Below the pieces are notes generated by a model that saw only the letters and a program-made list of their open reading frames with translations, had not been told where the DNA came from and did not search any database. This document shows, piece by piece, positions 27,301-40,828 of a DNA stretch of 64,000 bases. A program made the translations under genes and the position numbers. The number at the start of each line of letters is the position of its first letter. Position 1 is the first letter of the stretch. Source of the stretch: Candidatus Ozemobacteraceae bacterium (GTDB lineage Bacteria > Muiribacteriota > Ozemobacteria > Ozemobacterales > Ozemobacteraceae). The stretch covers positions 2,272,001 to 2,336,000 of the forward strand of contig OZ223236.1 of the NCBI GenBank assembly GCA_965140445.1. The letters run 5' to 3'.

Positions 27301-27809
27301 GGGGCAAAGGCGATAAACTTAAAATTTACGACGATGCAGGGCTGACTATTGGAGAATTCAGTTTTCCAAGACAGAGGAGAGAACCACATCTTTGCATGCC
27401 AGACTACTTCAGTGATGAGGTTGATGATGTAATTGCCCTTTGGGCAGTAACAATTGGTTCCAAAGCCATTGAAGTGGGTAAAAAGTTGTATGAGGAAGAT
27501 CACTTCAAAGATTATCATCTGTTACATGGTTTGGGAGCGGAGTTGGCAGATTGTGGAGCAGTGCAGATACATCGACACATTCATAAAGAACTGTTTCCAG
27601 CTACACCAATAGAAAAAGACCCCGCTGGAGTCAGATACTCATTTGGATATCCATCATGTCCTGATTTGAAAGCGCAGAAAGAGTTATTAAGAATTCTGGA
27701 AGCACAGAAAATAGGAATAACCTTGACTGAGGGATACCAGATGGTTCCTGAGTTGTCTGTTTCAGGATTTATTGTTTTTAACAAGCACGCGAAATATTTC
27801 GTTCCTTAA
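24366..27809 (+). CDS. metH: Cobalamin-dependent methionine synthase
   Basis: Hcy domain (GGCCGT), pterin domain (GERTNANG), B12-binding GDVHDIGKN/GMSGLL, activation domain RYSFGYPSCPD; ATG 24366 after GGAG. Confidence 0.97.
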   Translation: MSRLTVAQFNEILAEGVLVYDGAMGTNLQVQGLSLEDFGGCEGCSEALNLFAPHAVKKVHLGFLEVGCRVIETNTFGGTRITLKEYDLQDRVEEINKKAVEIAKEAIVEAGKDYQCFIAASVGPTSALPTLGNISFDDMAEAYLEQFRVLWDAGVDIFQIETCQDLLQVKSALFALESLFIEKEDRCPVVVSVTLEATGTMLMGSDISAVTTTLEPYSFIDALSINCATGPLEMVRHVSYLTEKWPRAVGVMPNAGLPINVDGNAVYKMTPEEFSGFQKEFVSKYGVNIVGGCCGTRPDHLLAVVEAVKGIKPAERKVDYQPSVSSLFSAATLKQEPAPALVGERTNANGAKKFRDYLLENEWDGIVAMGREQAKGGAHLLDLCTAYVGRDEVEDFKELIPRFAKNVKLPLMIDSTSADSIEVALKLHGGRCVINSVNLEDGGTKLHRVAKLAKRFGAALICLTIDEEGMAKTAEQKVAIAKRIRSILHDEYGFRDSDLIFDLLTFTVGSGDADLRNSAVETLNAIEILMKEFPETNTILGVSNVSFGLNPAAREILNSLFLSMAVKKGLTSAIVNPAKILPVFRIPEKERKLAEDLLLNVRNDGSELSAYLDAFQGAVKRHTTVDLESLPPESRLLEKVVDGDGTDLEKLVTELREKLAPEEIINKILLVAMKKVGELFGSGQLQLPFVLQSAEVVKRTVKMLEPFMEKKEADPDRKVILATVAGDVHDIGKNLVNIMLSNNGYTVFDLGIKVDIDTMIKAAQEQGANVIGMSGLLVRSTQVMKENLEELNRREFLPNIILGGAALTADFVNKDLKKIYNGEVFYAKDAVDGLHILEKLISGEPVEVAEAPMSEAEAEVAESIASTKVEEIQEADNKVSGEAIGAANRHQFVNKDEIIKAPFFSNHFLEIDAGSLLHLMSHKILFEARWGYKKAGMSAEEYEQVLEKEARPSLNRLIDLIKKEDLFQGKGVYGYYRCRGKGDKLKIYDDAGLTIGEFSFPRQRREPHLCMPDYFSDEVDDVIALWAVTIGSKAIEVGKKLYEEDHFKDYHLLHGLGAELADCGAVQIHRHIHKELFPATPIEKDPAGVRYSFGYPSCPDLKAQKELLRILEAQKIGITLTEGYQMVPELSVSGFIVFNKHAKYFVP

Positions 27810-27816
27810 ATAGAAT

Positions 27817-27857
27817 AAAAAAAAGGCTGCCACATTTAATTGTGGCAGCCTTTTTTT
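27817..27857. terminator. Bidirectional terminator
   Basis: A-tract-GGCTGCCACA...TGTGGCAGCC-T-tract. Confidence 0.85.
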
Positions 27858-27864
27858 ATATAGC

Positions 27865-28890
27865 TTAGTGATTAACGACGGCGAGTTCTGTGGCGGCAGA
27901 TGCCGGAAGCCTCATGTGAAAAAGGAGTTCCTCCGGTCTGTCAGGGTAAACAGCTCTAAAAACTAATCTTCCTGTACTTGTAACTGTCATTAAAAGTGCG
28001 CCACCTTTACTATTCCCATACGCAGGTGTCATGCCCACATCACACGAAATCAAGCGATTATCCTTAACCGCAATTTTACCTTTTTCACTCAAAGCGCCGA
28101 TGGTGTGCCCGAAAGCTATTCCGTGTATGCCTAAAACTTTTAGATTATTGCTGACCAGGTCATCATTTTTCCACCATTCTCTGTTCCACAATGGACCATC
28201 ATGATTCATGAACAGGCCAATTTTCCAGTCATCCTTCTCGATATCATCATGAAAATCAGCAGCAAGAGATGATCTGGTAGTAGGATTTGTTGGTAATCCA
28301 GCGTGGCAAAACATGAATCCGTTTACAATAGCAAACAAGGGGCGATTTCTAATCCATTCACCATATCTGCCTGATTTAGAAATAGCTTGATGAAAATCGT
28401 ATCCGCCATTAGTGAATGAATCAATGGTGTTTTGATAATGTTTCTTTTTATGAGAAGTAAGATTTTTTGCCCAATCTTCAACTTGTCCATTTAAAAGAAG
28501 TGCTTCATGATTTCCCAATAAAGGAATCATAATGCTATTATGGGCAGGTGCCTGCTTTTCAAGGCTCATGACCAATTCATAAACTTCTCTTGTATGAATT
28601 CCTCGATCACAATAGTCCCCTAACGTGATTAATGTAACGCCATCTGCGATCCATTTCATTTCGAAATCCTTTTCAGGAACTCTTTGCGCAATATTTAATG
28701 TCTCAAGAGTATTTGCAAATTCTTCAAAAGCACCATGAATGTCCCCAATTGCGATAACCTTTTTTGCTCCGGATATTTCTACCCAGGCAGGAAATTTTTG
28801 CCAATCCCTTGCATTTACGGCTGCTGAAAATAGCAGCATCAAAATCAAAAAACCAAAAATAGACTTATAAGATTTCATTTTATTCTCCAC
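27865..28890 (-). CDS. Exported calcineurin-like metallophosphoesterase (Shewanella-like phosphatase type)
   Basis: Signal peptide; GDIHG, GDYCDRG, GNHE, HAG, GPLW.R, GHT, DVG. Confidence 0.85.
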   Translation of the reverse strand: MENKMKSYKSIFGFLILMLLFSAAVNARDWQKFPAWVEISGAKKVIAIGDIHGAFEEFANTLETLNIAQRVPEKDFEMKWIADGVTLITLGDYCDRGIHTREVYELVMSLEKQAPAHNSIMIPLLGNHEALLLNGQVEDWAKNLTSHKKKHYQNTIDSFTNGGYDFHQAISKSGRYGEWIRNRPLFAIVNGFMFCHAGLPTNPTTRSSLAADFHDDIEKDDWKIGLFMNHDGPLWNREWWKNDDLVSNNLKVLGIHGIAFGHTIGALSEKGKIAVKDNRLISCDVGMTPAYGNSKGGALLMTVTSTGRLVFRAVYPDRPEELLFHMRLPASAATELAVVNH

Positions 28891-28901
28891 TGATTTTTAT
28901 T

Positions 28902-29663
28902 CTACCAACTATCTACAGTTGTAGTTTTTGTTCCTTTTGGGTAAAAGAAAATTACCTTGGAGGGAATATCTACTCCCCAATCTCTACCAGTTTTATTGGC
29001 AACAAGATCCAATAATTCATCCAGAGTTATATCTTCTTCGTCTACGCTTATTTTTGCAGCGCCATCTTTATCTAATCCTCGAATTTCAAACTGGTCAACC
29101 GACTCGTCTCCGTACACCTTTACAGAATGGCTTAAAAGTGTTTTCACATCATAATCATCGCATTGCCATGTTTTCATAACCATAAAAATCGCAGAACTGG
29201 TATCCTTTGGAAAAATAGGTAGATCTCCAGAAGAGTTGCCACTTGCAATCTCTGGTTGTAAGGCAGATGTGTCGTTGCCGGATACTAGTAAATCTTGTCC
29301 AGAGTTTCCAATTGGTTCAATCGTTATTTCGTCTGGGATTTTTAAATCGTCAGGTGATTTAGGTTCCGGTTTGGGAGTTGTTTCTGGTTTTTTTATACTA
29401 ATTATTGTGGATGTAGGGGCAACCGGGTCTTTTTTTGTAGAAACTGGATTTGGTCTAACTTTTGTTGGCAATGGAATTAAGGTTTTACTATTGGTGGGTT
29501 TTGCTGGTTGATTCTTGGTTCCAGATTGAGAATTTGTCGTTTTATTTGCCTTTCCTGGCATGGGCAGAATTAATCCCATGTCCTGACCAGTTAGAACACT
29601 ATTTGAGCAAATCAAAAGAAGCGTTGCGGCTGAGCATAGCACCCAATTCTTTTGTATTTTCAT
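28902..29663 (-). CDS. Exported hypothetical protein with Pro/Thr/Lys-rich linker
   Basis: Signal-like N-terminus, low-complexity middle, C-terminal ITLDELLDLV...W segment reminiscent of STN/secretin-N domains; GAGG RBS. Confidence 0.7.
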   Translation of the reverse strand: MKIQKNWVLCSAATLLLICSNSVLTGQDMGLILPMPGKANKTTNSQSGTKNQPAKPTNSKTLIPLPTKVRPNPVSTKKDPVAPTSTIISIKKPETTPKPEPKSPDDLKIPDEITIEPIGNSGQDLLVSGNDTSALQPEIASGNSSGDLPIFPKDTSSAIFMVMKTWQCDDYDVKTLLSHSVKVYGDESVDQFEIRGLDKDGAAKISVDEEDITLDELLDLVANKTGRDWGVDIPSKVIFFYPKGTKTTTVDSW

Positions 29664-29839
29664 TTGTTACCTCGAGTTAAATGTATTTAAACAAGTATAA
29701 ATTAATTTATACAAAAAAGTAACCTCAGTATTGGTGGCGGATAAATACTCTTTATAAAGCATTCAAAATAGATTTAAAAAGAATTAAATCAGCTTCAAAT
29801 CAAAATACAAAAAAAGTGAAAAAAAAATTGAACAAATTA

Positions 29840-29868
29840 TTGACATTGTGTACGACATTTGCTAAGAT
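29840..29868 (+). promoter_or_regulatory. rrn promoter P1
   Basis: A-rich UP region, TTGACA-N17-TAAGAT with extended TG. Confidence 0.75.
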
Positions 29869-29965
29869 ATCAAAACCATCGAGATTGGTTAACGGCGGGC
29901 AACTCCCACGAAAACCAACAGGCAGAAAAAGATAAAAACTTTTGAAAAAAAGTTTAAAAAAATAG

Positions 29966-29994
29966 TTGACACTGAAAACTGTTTTTGATAAACT
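29966..29994 (+). promoter_or_regulatory. rrn promoter P2
   Basis: A-rich UP region, TTGACA-N17-TAAACT with extended TG. Confidence 0.75.
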
Positions 29995-30037
29995 GAATTT
30001 CCTGCCACGGCGGGTCGGCCCAAAACCGGGTCGAATA

Positions 30038-30050
30038 AGTTCTTTGAGAA
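30038..30050 (+). promoter_or_regulatory. boxA antitermination element (leader)
   Basis: AGTTCTTTGAGAA; second copy TGTTCTTTGAAAA at 32086-32098. Confidence 0.7.
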
Positions 30051-30228
30051 TCAGATCGAAAGACTAATAAAACTATAACGCCAAGCGGTTTTTGTTTAAC
30101 GACAAAAACCTATTTGATTCGATGTTACAACATCGATTTTGAGTTAAGTTGAATCTTGAAACAGATCAGCAATAACTCCATAATAATGTAGATGGCGGGT
30201 TCCGAAAGGAACTTGTTGTTTAATAATT

Positions 30229-31789
<1,561 letters not shown>

Positions 31790-31896
31790 TAGGGAGACAT
31801 GTTGCTGGAATAAGACCTGCTTCGGCGGGCATCGCAGGAACGTATCTTCGTCGAGTTTGGCGATGTTAAACTTAGTCTTTCGGTCTCTTCTATAAA

Positions 31897-31970
31897 GGGC
31901 CATTAGCTCAGACGGTTAGAGCGCTGTGCTGATAACGCAGAGGTCCGTGGTTCGATTCCACGATGGCCCA
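31897..31970 (+). tRNA. tRNA-Ile (GAT)
   Basis: GGGCCAT/ATGGCCC acceptor stem, anticodon GAT, GGTTCGATTCC T-loop; CCA not encoded. Confidence 0.97.
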
Positions 31971-31986
31971 ATTGATGAAAAAAAGA

Positions 31987-32059
31987 GGGGCATTAGCTCA
32001 GCTGGGAGAGCGCGGGCTTTGCAAGCCTGAGGTCAGCGGTTCGATCCCGCTATGCTCCA
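31987..32059 (+). tRNA. tRNA-Ala (TGC)
   Basis: GGGGCAT/ATGCTCC with G3:U70, anticodon TGC; CCA not encoded. Confidence 0.97.
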
Positions 32060-32199
32060 CTCTAAAGAGGCGTTAAGCCTCTTTTTGTTCTTTGAAAATA
32101 ATATCTTTGATGAAAGACATCCAAAATTAAAAGGTCTTTTTGTAATGGATTTGCACGCAAGTGCGAGTGCAGTATGAAAGAATTGATCGAGTGCAATAG

Positions 32200-35246
<3,047 letters not shown>

Positions 35247-35371
35247 TAGCATCTGCAGGTATTTATACTTAGCAGATCATCTCGATCAGATGCGGACCTT
35301 TTATTTTATTGAATTTCATCAAAGATATTTATGTGTTGGTGGGTGACAAGCCCACCAACATATTATAATTT

Positions 35372-35489
35372 TCCTGGTGGTAATGGTCTCGAGGAAACAC
35401 CTGATCCCATTCCGAACTCAGCAGTTAAGCTCGAAGACGCCTATGATACTGCGGGGGTGACTCCGTGGGAAAGTCGGTCGCCGCCAGGT
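35372..35489 (+). rRNA. rrf: 5S rRNA
   Basis: CCTGGTGG...CCGCCAGG terminal stem, CCCATTCCGAAC. Confidence 0.97.
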
Positions 35490-35493
35490 CTAT

Positions 35494-35526
35494 AAAAGCT
35501 CCAAGCAATAAAGCTTGGAGCTTTTT
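35494..35526 (+). terminator. rrn terminator
   Basis: AAAAGCTCCAAGC...GCTTGGAGCTTTTT. Confidence 0.85.
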
Positions 35527-35778
35527 CCTTTTAGCCAGATTGGAATTTAGAGAGACTAGCAAAACCACTTAAAATTTGTTTTTTTGTCGTCTTTTTTTGA
35601 CTTTTTATTGAAAAATGTTTTTTTCCCAATCCATAAATAAAAAATATTTTAAAACTTTTATTTAAAAGAATTTTTAAGATCATAAAATATATTATTGTTA
35701 CAGTTTAATTTGCTTTTTGCTTGCGGGTAGGAAGTTCTTTTCTTATAATTACATTAATTAGCCATGGAGGTTACTACT

Positions 35779-36372
35779 GTGTACCGAACCAAAAAAATGC
35801 ATATTTCGGCACTATTACTTGTATCAATGATATTCTCGTTGTTAATTGTACCCGCAGCTCAATGCGATATTTTTAGCACCGTTAAAGCGAAAACAGAACA
35901 ACTTCAATCATATCTTACCAGGGATACTGCACATAAAGCTGTTAAATGGTTTACCTACGGTGGTATTGCTTTGGGAGCCGTTATTGGTGTTGCTACGGGG
36001 GGTATTGGTGGCCTGTTAATTGGTGGTATTGCAGGCGCAGTTGTTTCAGTTATTGGCTGTAATGCTGTTGGCGTAAATCCAGAAACCCAATGGGAAATTG
36101 TAAAACCCAACGTAAAATTGCCTTGGAATTATAATCGACAAGTTCAGAAAATTGGTGGAGCTTCTTTGCCATCTGCAAGTCAGATTCAGGTTAGTGGAAA
36201 TCAGGAAACTGGCTTAATTAATTCTTCTGCATCTGTGGTAAAAGAAAAGTATCTTAGTGCTTATAAAGCATATACAGAAGCTGTTCAAAAGGGAAAATCT
36301 AACGCTATTGTCCAAAAAACTTTAGAAACATATAAAAAAGCCAAAGAAGAATTTAAAAAGCTTTTTAAATAG
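35779..36372 (+). CDS. Exported glycine-zipper-like hypothetical protein
   Basis: GTG at 35779 after GGAGG; signal peptide; GGIALGAVIGVATGGIGGLLIGGIAGA; C-terminal helical motif. Confidence 0.75.
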   Translation: MYRTKKMHISALLLVSMIFSLLIVPAAQCDIFSTVKAKTEQLQSYLTRDTAHKAVKWFTYGGIALGAVIGVATGGIGGLLIGGIAGAVVSVIGCNAVGVNPETQWEIVKPNVKLPWNYNRQVQKIGGASLPSASQIQVSGNQETGLINSSASVVKEKYLSAYKAYTEAVQKGKSNAIVQKTLETYKKAKEEFKKLFK

Positions 36373-36376
36373 AATG

Positions 36377-36412
36377 AAAAAAGGAACCGGCTTTTAAAGC
36401 CGGTTTTTTTTT
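36377..36412 (+). terminator. Rho-independent terminator
   Basis: AACCGGCTT..AAGCCGGTT followed by T-tract. Confidence 0.8.
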
Positions 36413-36602
36413 ATCCTAAAATTTGTGGGAATATCAGTCAGTGAGGTTATAAAAAATTTAATTTCTGGAACATTAGGGGAAATCTTTTACTCAAAAATGA
36501 TCCTTTTATTGATTTTTTTTAGCTTAGTCCATTAAACTGATAGGGTAAGTTAAATAAAAGTTTTGATCGGTTTTAAGGTTTAGGTAAAAGAGGTCTTTGG
36601 AT

Positions 36603-37121
36603 ATGGGATACGCAGTTGAATTATATTTTGATCAAGATTCTGAAAAAATGATTATGGATTTGTTTGGTAGACTTGAGTCAGAGTGCCTTAATTATAATGC
36701 TAGACCGCATATTAGTTTGAGTGTACATGAGGATATTGATGTTGATGAATGCATTAAAATGGTTAGAGAAGTCTTTTCCGATGTAAGAAAAATTCCCTTA
36801 AGGCTATCTTCGGTAGGTGTTTTTAAAGGGGAAAGTAATGTTTTATTTATTGCTCCAGATGCAAACGATTTACTGACAGATTTACATTCTAAATTTCATA
36901 CTTTGCTTCAAAATTCGACTATTTCTACCTCTGAGTATTATTCACCCGAAAGTTGGGTTCCTCATTGTACTATTGATTTTGACATTCCATTAGAGGGCCT
37001 TGGAGATAAAGAAAAAATAGCTCATGAAAATTTTCATCCCTTCCAGGCTCAAATTGCCGGTGTAGGGATCGTTAAATTTAAACCTTTTGTAGAAATTTTT
37101 TCTATGCATTTGCATCTATGA
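36603..37121 (+). CDS. 2H phosphoesterase (2'-5' RNA ligase family)
   Basis: Two HxS/T motifs, PHISL and WVPHCTI; start at ATG 36603. Confidence 0.85.
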   Translation: MGYAVELYFDQDSEKMIMDLFGRLESECLNYNARPHISLSVHEDIDVDECIKMVREVFSDVRKIPLRLSSVGVFKGESNVLFIAPDANDLLTDLHSKFHTLLQNSTISTSEYYSPESWVPHCTIDFDIPLEGLGDKEKIAHENFHPFQAQIAGVGIVKFKPFVEIFSMHLHL

Positions 37122-38188
37122 ATGAAAAAAATGCTCTAAATAATTCTATAGAAGGATGTATCCTTGGTACTGCAGTGGGAGATTCTTTAGGATTACCGGT
37201 AGAGTTCTTGAAGCCCTCCAGAATACCTTACTTTTTAGGCACTGAACTGAAGCAAAACTTTTTTCTGGGAAAAGGTTTTGTTTCAGATGATACGGATCAC
37301 GCTTGTTTTGTTGCACAAGCTCTTTGTAAACATTTTAAAAACCCAGTTGAATTTCAAAACCAGCTTTCGTGGTATTTAAGGCTTTGGCTAATTTCTTTAC
37401 CTGCTGGTATTGGCCTGGCCACCCTTAAAAGCACTTTTAAACTTTGGTTAGGCTTTTCACCATCAAATTCCGGTGTTTTTTCTGCGGGGAATGGACCTGC
37501 TATGAGAAGCCCTTTATTAGGTGTTATCTATGGGGAAGATCAGGATTTACTAAAGGATTTTGTCAAAAGATCCACGGAGCTAACTCATTCTGATCCAAAA
37601 GCTTTTCAAGGTGCCTTGATTGTAGCGCTTGCAGCTTATAAATCTTCTATAAATTCAAATTGCAGTGGCCCGGAATTTCTTGAAGAAATTTTTTTACTAT
37701 GCCCTGATTTGGATGGGGAATTTAGAGAAATTTTAACCAGGGCGGTATATTCTTCAGAGAAAAACCTTTCTCTTTTGAGTTTTTGTGAAAGCGAAGGTTT
37801 TAAAAACGGTGTTTCAGGCTATATTGTGCACAGCGTTTGTTCCATTATTCATGTATGGCTCAGGAAAAGAAAGCAATTTGCTTCTGCTATTGAAGAAATA
37901 ATCTTTGTTGGTGGGGATACTGATAGTACTGCAGCTATCCTGGGAGCGATTATTGGTGCAGGCTCCGGTAAGGAAAGCATTCCAAGACAATGGCTTGAAA
38001 ATCTGGCTGAGTGGCCTAGAAATGTTTTGTTTATGGAGAATCTTTCCAATAGTCTTGCTATGGCAATAGAATCAAAGGAAACTCGAGATGCCCCAAAAGC
38101 GCTTTGGCTTTTTTCCTTACTAAGAAATTTGATCTTTATTGGAATCATTATTCCAAAAGCTTTAAGAAGATTGTTTCCGCCTTATTGA
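37118..38188 (+). CDS. ADP-ribosylglycohydrolase (DraG/ARH family)
   Basis: GTAVGDSLG, SDDT, GNGPAMR, TH, GGDTDSTAAI.GAI.GA. Confidence 0.92.
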   Translation: MNEKNALNNSIEGCILGTAVGDSLGLPVEFLKPSRIPYFLGTELKQNFFLGKGFVSDDTDHACFVAQALCKHFKNPVEFQNQLSWYLRLWLISLPAGIGLATLKSTFKLWLGFSPSNSGVFSAGNGPAMRSPLLGVIYGEDQDLLKDFVKRSTELTHSDPKAFQGALIVALAAYKSSINSNCSGPEFLEEIFLLCPDLDGEFREILTRAVYSSEKNLSLLSFCESEGFKNGVSGYIVHSVCSIIHVWLRKRKQFASAIEEIIFVGGDTDSTAAILGAIIGAGSGKESIPRQWLENLAEWPRNVLFMENLSNSLAMAIESKETRDAPKALWLFSLLRNLIFIGIIIPKALRRLFPPY

Positions 38189-38218
38189 TTTTATTTTTTT
38201 ACATTTAGGAAGGTAGAT

Positions 38219-38848
38219 ATGCAGAAATTTGATATTAGCAACTGGAAAAGAAAAACTGCTTTTTATTTTTTTCAGGATTTTGAAAAGCCTTTTTTTAACA
38301 TATGCGCAAATCTTGATGTTTCAAATTTAAGAAAAACCTGTAAGCAAAAAAATGCTTCTTTTTTTTCTGCCTCTTTATTCTTAGCAATTAAGGCTGCCAA
38401 TTCTATTTTAGAATTTAAGCTTAGACTTCGCGGAAGAGAAGTTATTGTTCATGATCAATTAAATGTTGGGTCAACAGTTCTAAACGAAGATGAAACCTTT
38501 AGTTTTTGCTATTTTGATTTTTGTGAAGACTTTGAAGAGTTTCAGAAAGTGTTTAAAAAAGAAATAGAAGAAAACAAATTGAGAGGCACCTCCATGGAAG
38601 AGTCGGCTGGGATAGATGATTTAATTCATTTTTCAGTTATTCCATGGGTTTCTTTTACCTCCTTTTCACATGCGAGAAAGATAGATCCAACAGATTCTGT
38701 TCCTAGAATTGTTTTTGGTAAGTTTTTTGAAGAATCAGAAAAAGTGCTAATGCCGGTTTCGGTTGAGGCGCATCATGCGTTAGTGGACGGTATTCATGTT
38801 GGAAAATTTTTTGAGATTTTTCAAAATTTGTTGAATGAAGGAATTTAG
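38219..38848 (+). CDS. Type A chloramphenicol acetyltransferase-like protein
   Basis: W.RK..F.FF, S.IPWVSFTS, P.I.FGK, HHALVDGIH catalytic motif. Confidence 0.85.
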   Translation: MQKFDISNWKRKTAFYFFQDFEKPFFNICANLDVSNLRKTCKQKNASFFSASLFLAIKAANSILEFKLRLRGREVIVHDQLNVGSTVLNEDETFSFCYFDFCEDFEEFQKVFKKEIEENKLRGTSMEESAGIDDLIHFSVIPWVSFTSFSHARKIDPTDSVPRIVFGKFFEESEKVLMPVSVEAHHALVDGIHVGKFFEIFQNLLNEGI

Positions 38849-38938
38849 TTTATTACTCATTGCGTTTGGTAAAAATTAGAATAGGTTACATATATAATCT
38901 TTAAAAATAGTTTATGCGGCCAAAATTTGGAGGAAAGA

Positions 38939-40825
38939 ATGAAAAATATGGGGGATATGCTTCTTGCTCAGGAGCCTTTTTCTGAGATTACCATGGGGAA
39001 CACAGCTTTGGTTAGAGCGATGGTTGAAGCAGGCACGAGAGTTGTTACTTCTTATCCAGGATCGCCAACACCAGAAGTCGCTTCTGCGATAAAAACTATT
39101 CCGTTGGACAAAAGACCATTTTACTTTGAGTTTTCAACCAACGAAAAGGTGGCGACAGAAGTTGCTTATGGCGCTTGTGTGAATGGTCATTTATCCACTG
39201 TCTTTTTTAAAAGTGTTGGCCTAAATGTGGCTGCAGACACTTTTGTTCAGCTTGGTCATATGAACCTGATCGGCGGAATGGTAATAGTGCTTGGCGATGA
39301 CCCTGGAGCAAATTCATCTCAGAATGAACAAGACAATAGACATTTTGCGCGATTAAGCTATACACCAATCCTGGAGCCAGCTTCTCCTCAAGAGGTCTAT
39401 AGTTTTTACCTTCAGGCAGCAAAGCTTTCACAAGAATTGCATATTCCTGTTATTTTGCGTTTGACTACTCATGTCTGCCATTTTAAGCAAAAAGTAAAAT
39501 TTGGTTCTTACAAACCTTTTGATTTCGATAATAGTCCGAGGTTTGATGTTGCTAATGGACCATATGTCCCTATAACATCACTTGTTTTCCCCATGAAACG
39601 TAGAGCTTTAAACAAAATCGAAGAATTGAAAAGTTCCTCTGTCCATAAAACTCTATGTCAGACAGTAGACAATGGAAACAAAAAAAGAGGGATAATTACT
39701 TTTGGTTTACCATTTTTGTCACTGCTGGACGTTTTGGAGGAAGTCGACGACAAGCCTGATATTTTGAAACTTGGAATGATTCACCCCTTTCCTCCAGAAT
39801 TGATTGAAGAATTTTTGAACAACCATGAGGAGATAAAGATTCTTGAAGAATTAGATAATGTATTGGAGCTGGAAATCAAGGCTTTGGCTTATGAGAAGGG
39901 GATTAAAAGTAAAATTATTGGTAAATCAAACCTCGAAGACTGGATGGGAGAATATACTCCAGATAAGGTGTCCGAGGTTATAAAAAACTGCTGGCCGGAT
40001 TTAATCGCAGAAGGTGATTTGCAGAGAGAAATTCCAAATGTTGCTGCTCGCCCAGCCCAAATGTGTCCAGGTTGTGGTCATAGGAGCGCGTATCATGCCA
40101 TCAAAAAGGCTTTAAAAGACAATGACATTAAAGTTGCGGATATTGGCTGTCATACCTTGGGCTTTTTGCCACCATATAAGATGGGTGAATTGCTTATGTG
40201 CATGGGTGCGTCATCTGGTATTGGAGCTGGCTTGTCCCTGTTTAATTCGGAAAGGCGTGTCGTGGCTTTTCTAGGTGATTCCACATTTTTTCATGCTGGC
40301 ATTCCTGGGATAATTAACGCAGTTTTTAATAAGCACAATTTGACTCTGATAATTATGGAAAATGGAACGACTGCTATGACCGGGCATCAGGATCATGCTG
40401 CCAGTGGTAGTAATTTCAATGAAGTTGTAGAAAAAATTCCTGTTAGAAGTGTTCTGGAAGGAATTGGAGTAAAAAATATTCATGAAGTCGACACCTACCA
40501 GCAGAATAAGCTGACAGAACTTGTAGAAAAAGCAATATCTGAAGAAGGTTTCAGCGTAGTTATTGCCAAACATCCTTGCATGCTTAAGCTTATGAGGGAA
40601 ATGAAAAAGAAGCCTGGTTATAAAAAGCGAATGGTAAAAGTCGATAAGGAAACTTGCTCAAAAAGTTATGAATGCGTGAAAGATTTTGCTTGTCCAACTT
40701 TTGTTTTGCATGAAGACGGGACAGTAACCACTAATCCTGATTTATGCATTGGTGATGGATCATGTTTGCAAACATGCCCGTCAAAAGCTATTGGAAAACC
40801 AGAAGTTGTGGAAGGCAAGGAGTAA
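38939..40825 (+). CDS. iorA: Indolepyruvate:ferredoxin oxidoreductase alpha subunit
   Basis: YPGSP..E, NEKVA, GLNVAAD, DDPGA.SSQNEQD, CPGCGH, DIGC, GDSTFFH, TTAMTG.Q, C-terminal ferredoxin; ATG 38939 after GGAGG. Confidence 0.93.
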   Translation: MKNMGDMLLAQEPFSEITMGNTALVRAMVEAGTRVVTSYPGSPTPEVASAIKTIPLDKRPFYFEFSTNEKVATEVAYGACVNGHLSTVFFKSVGLNVAADTFVQLGHMNLIGGMVIVLGDDPGANSSQNEQDNRHFARLSYTPILEPASPQEVYSFYLQAAKLSQELHIPVILRLTTHVCHFKQKVKFGSYKPFDFDNSPRFDVANGPYVPITSLVFPMKRRALNKIEELKSSSVHKTLCQTVDNGNKKRGIITFGLPFLSLLDVLEEVDDKPDILKLGMIHPFPPELIEEFLNNHEEIKILEELDNVLELEIKALAYEKGIKSKIIGKSNLEDWMGEYTPDKVSEVIKNCWPDLIAEGDLQREIPNVAARPAQMCPGCGHRSAYHAIKKALKDNDIKVADIGCHTLGFLPPYKMGELLMCMGASSGIGAGLSLFNSERRVVAFLGDSTFFHAGIPGIINAVFNKHNLTLIIMENGTTAMTGHQDHAASGSNFNEVVEKIPVRSVLEGIGVKNIHEVDTYQQNKLTELVEKAISEEGFSVVIAKHPCMLKLMREMKKKPGYKKRMVKVDKETCSKSYECVKDFACPTFVLHEDGTVTTNPDLCIGDGSCLQTCPSKAIGKPEVVEGKE

Positions 40826-40828
40826 GTT

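Noticed and set aside
35331..35363. Strong hairpin between 23S and 5S
   Set aside because: Most simply an rRNA spacer or processing structure; no other copies in the window
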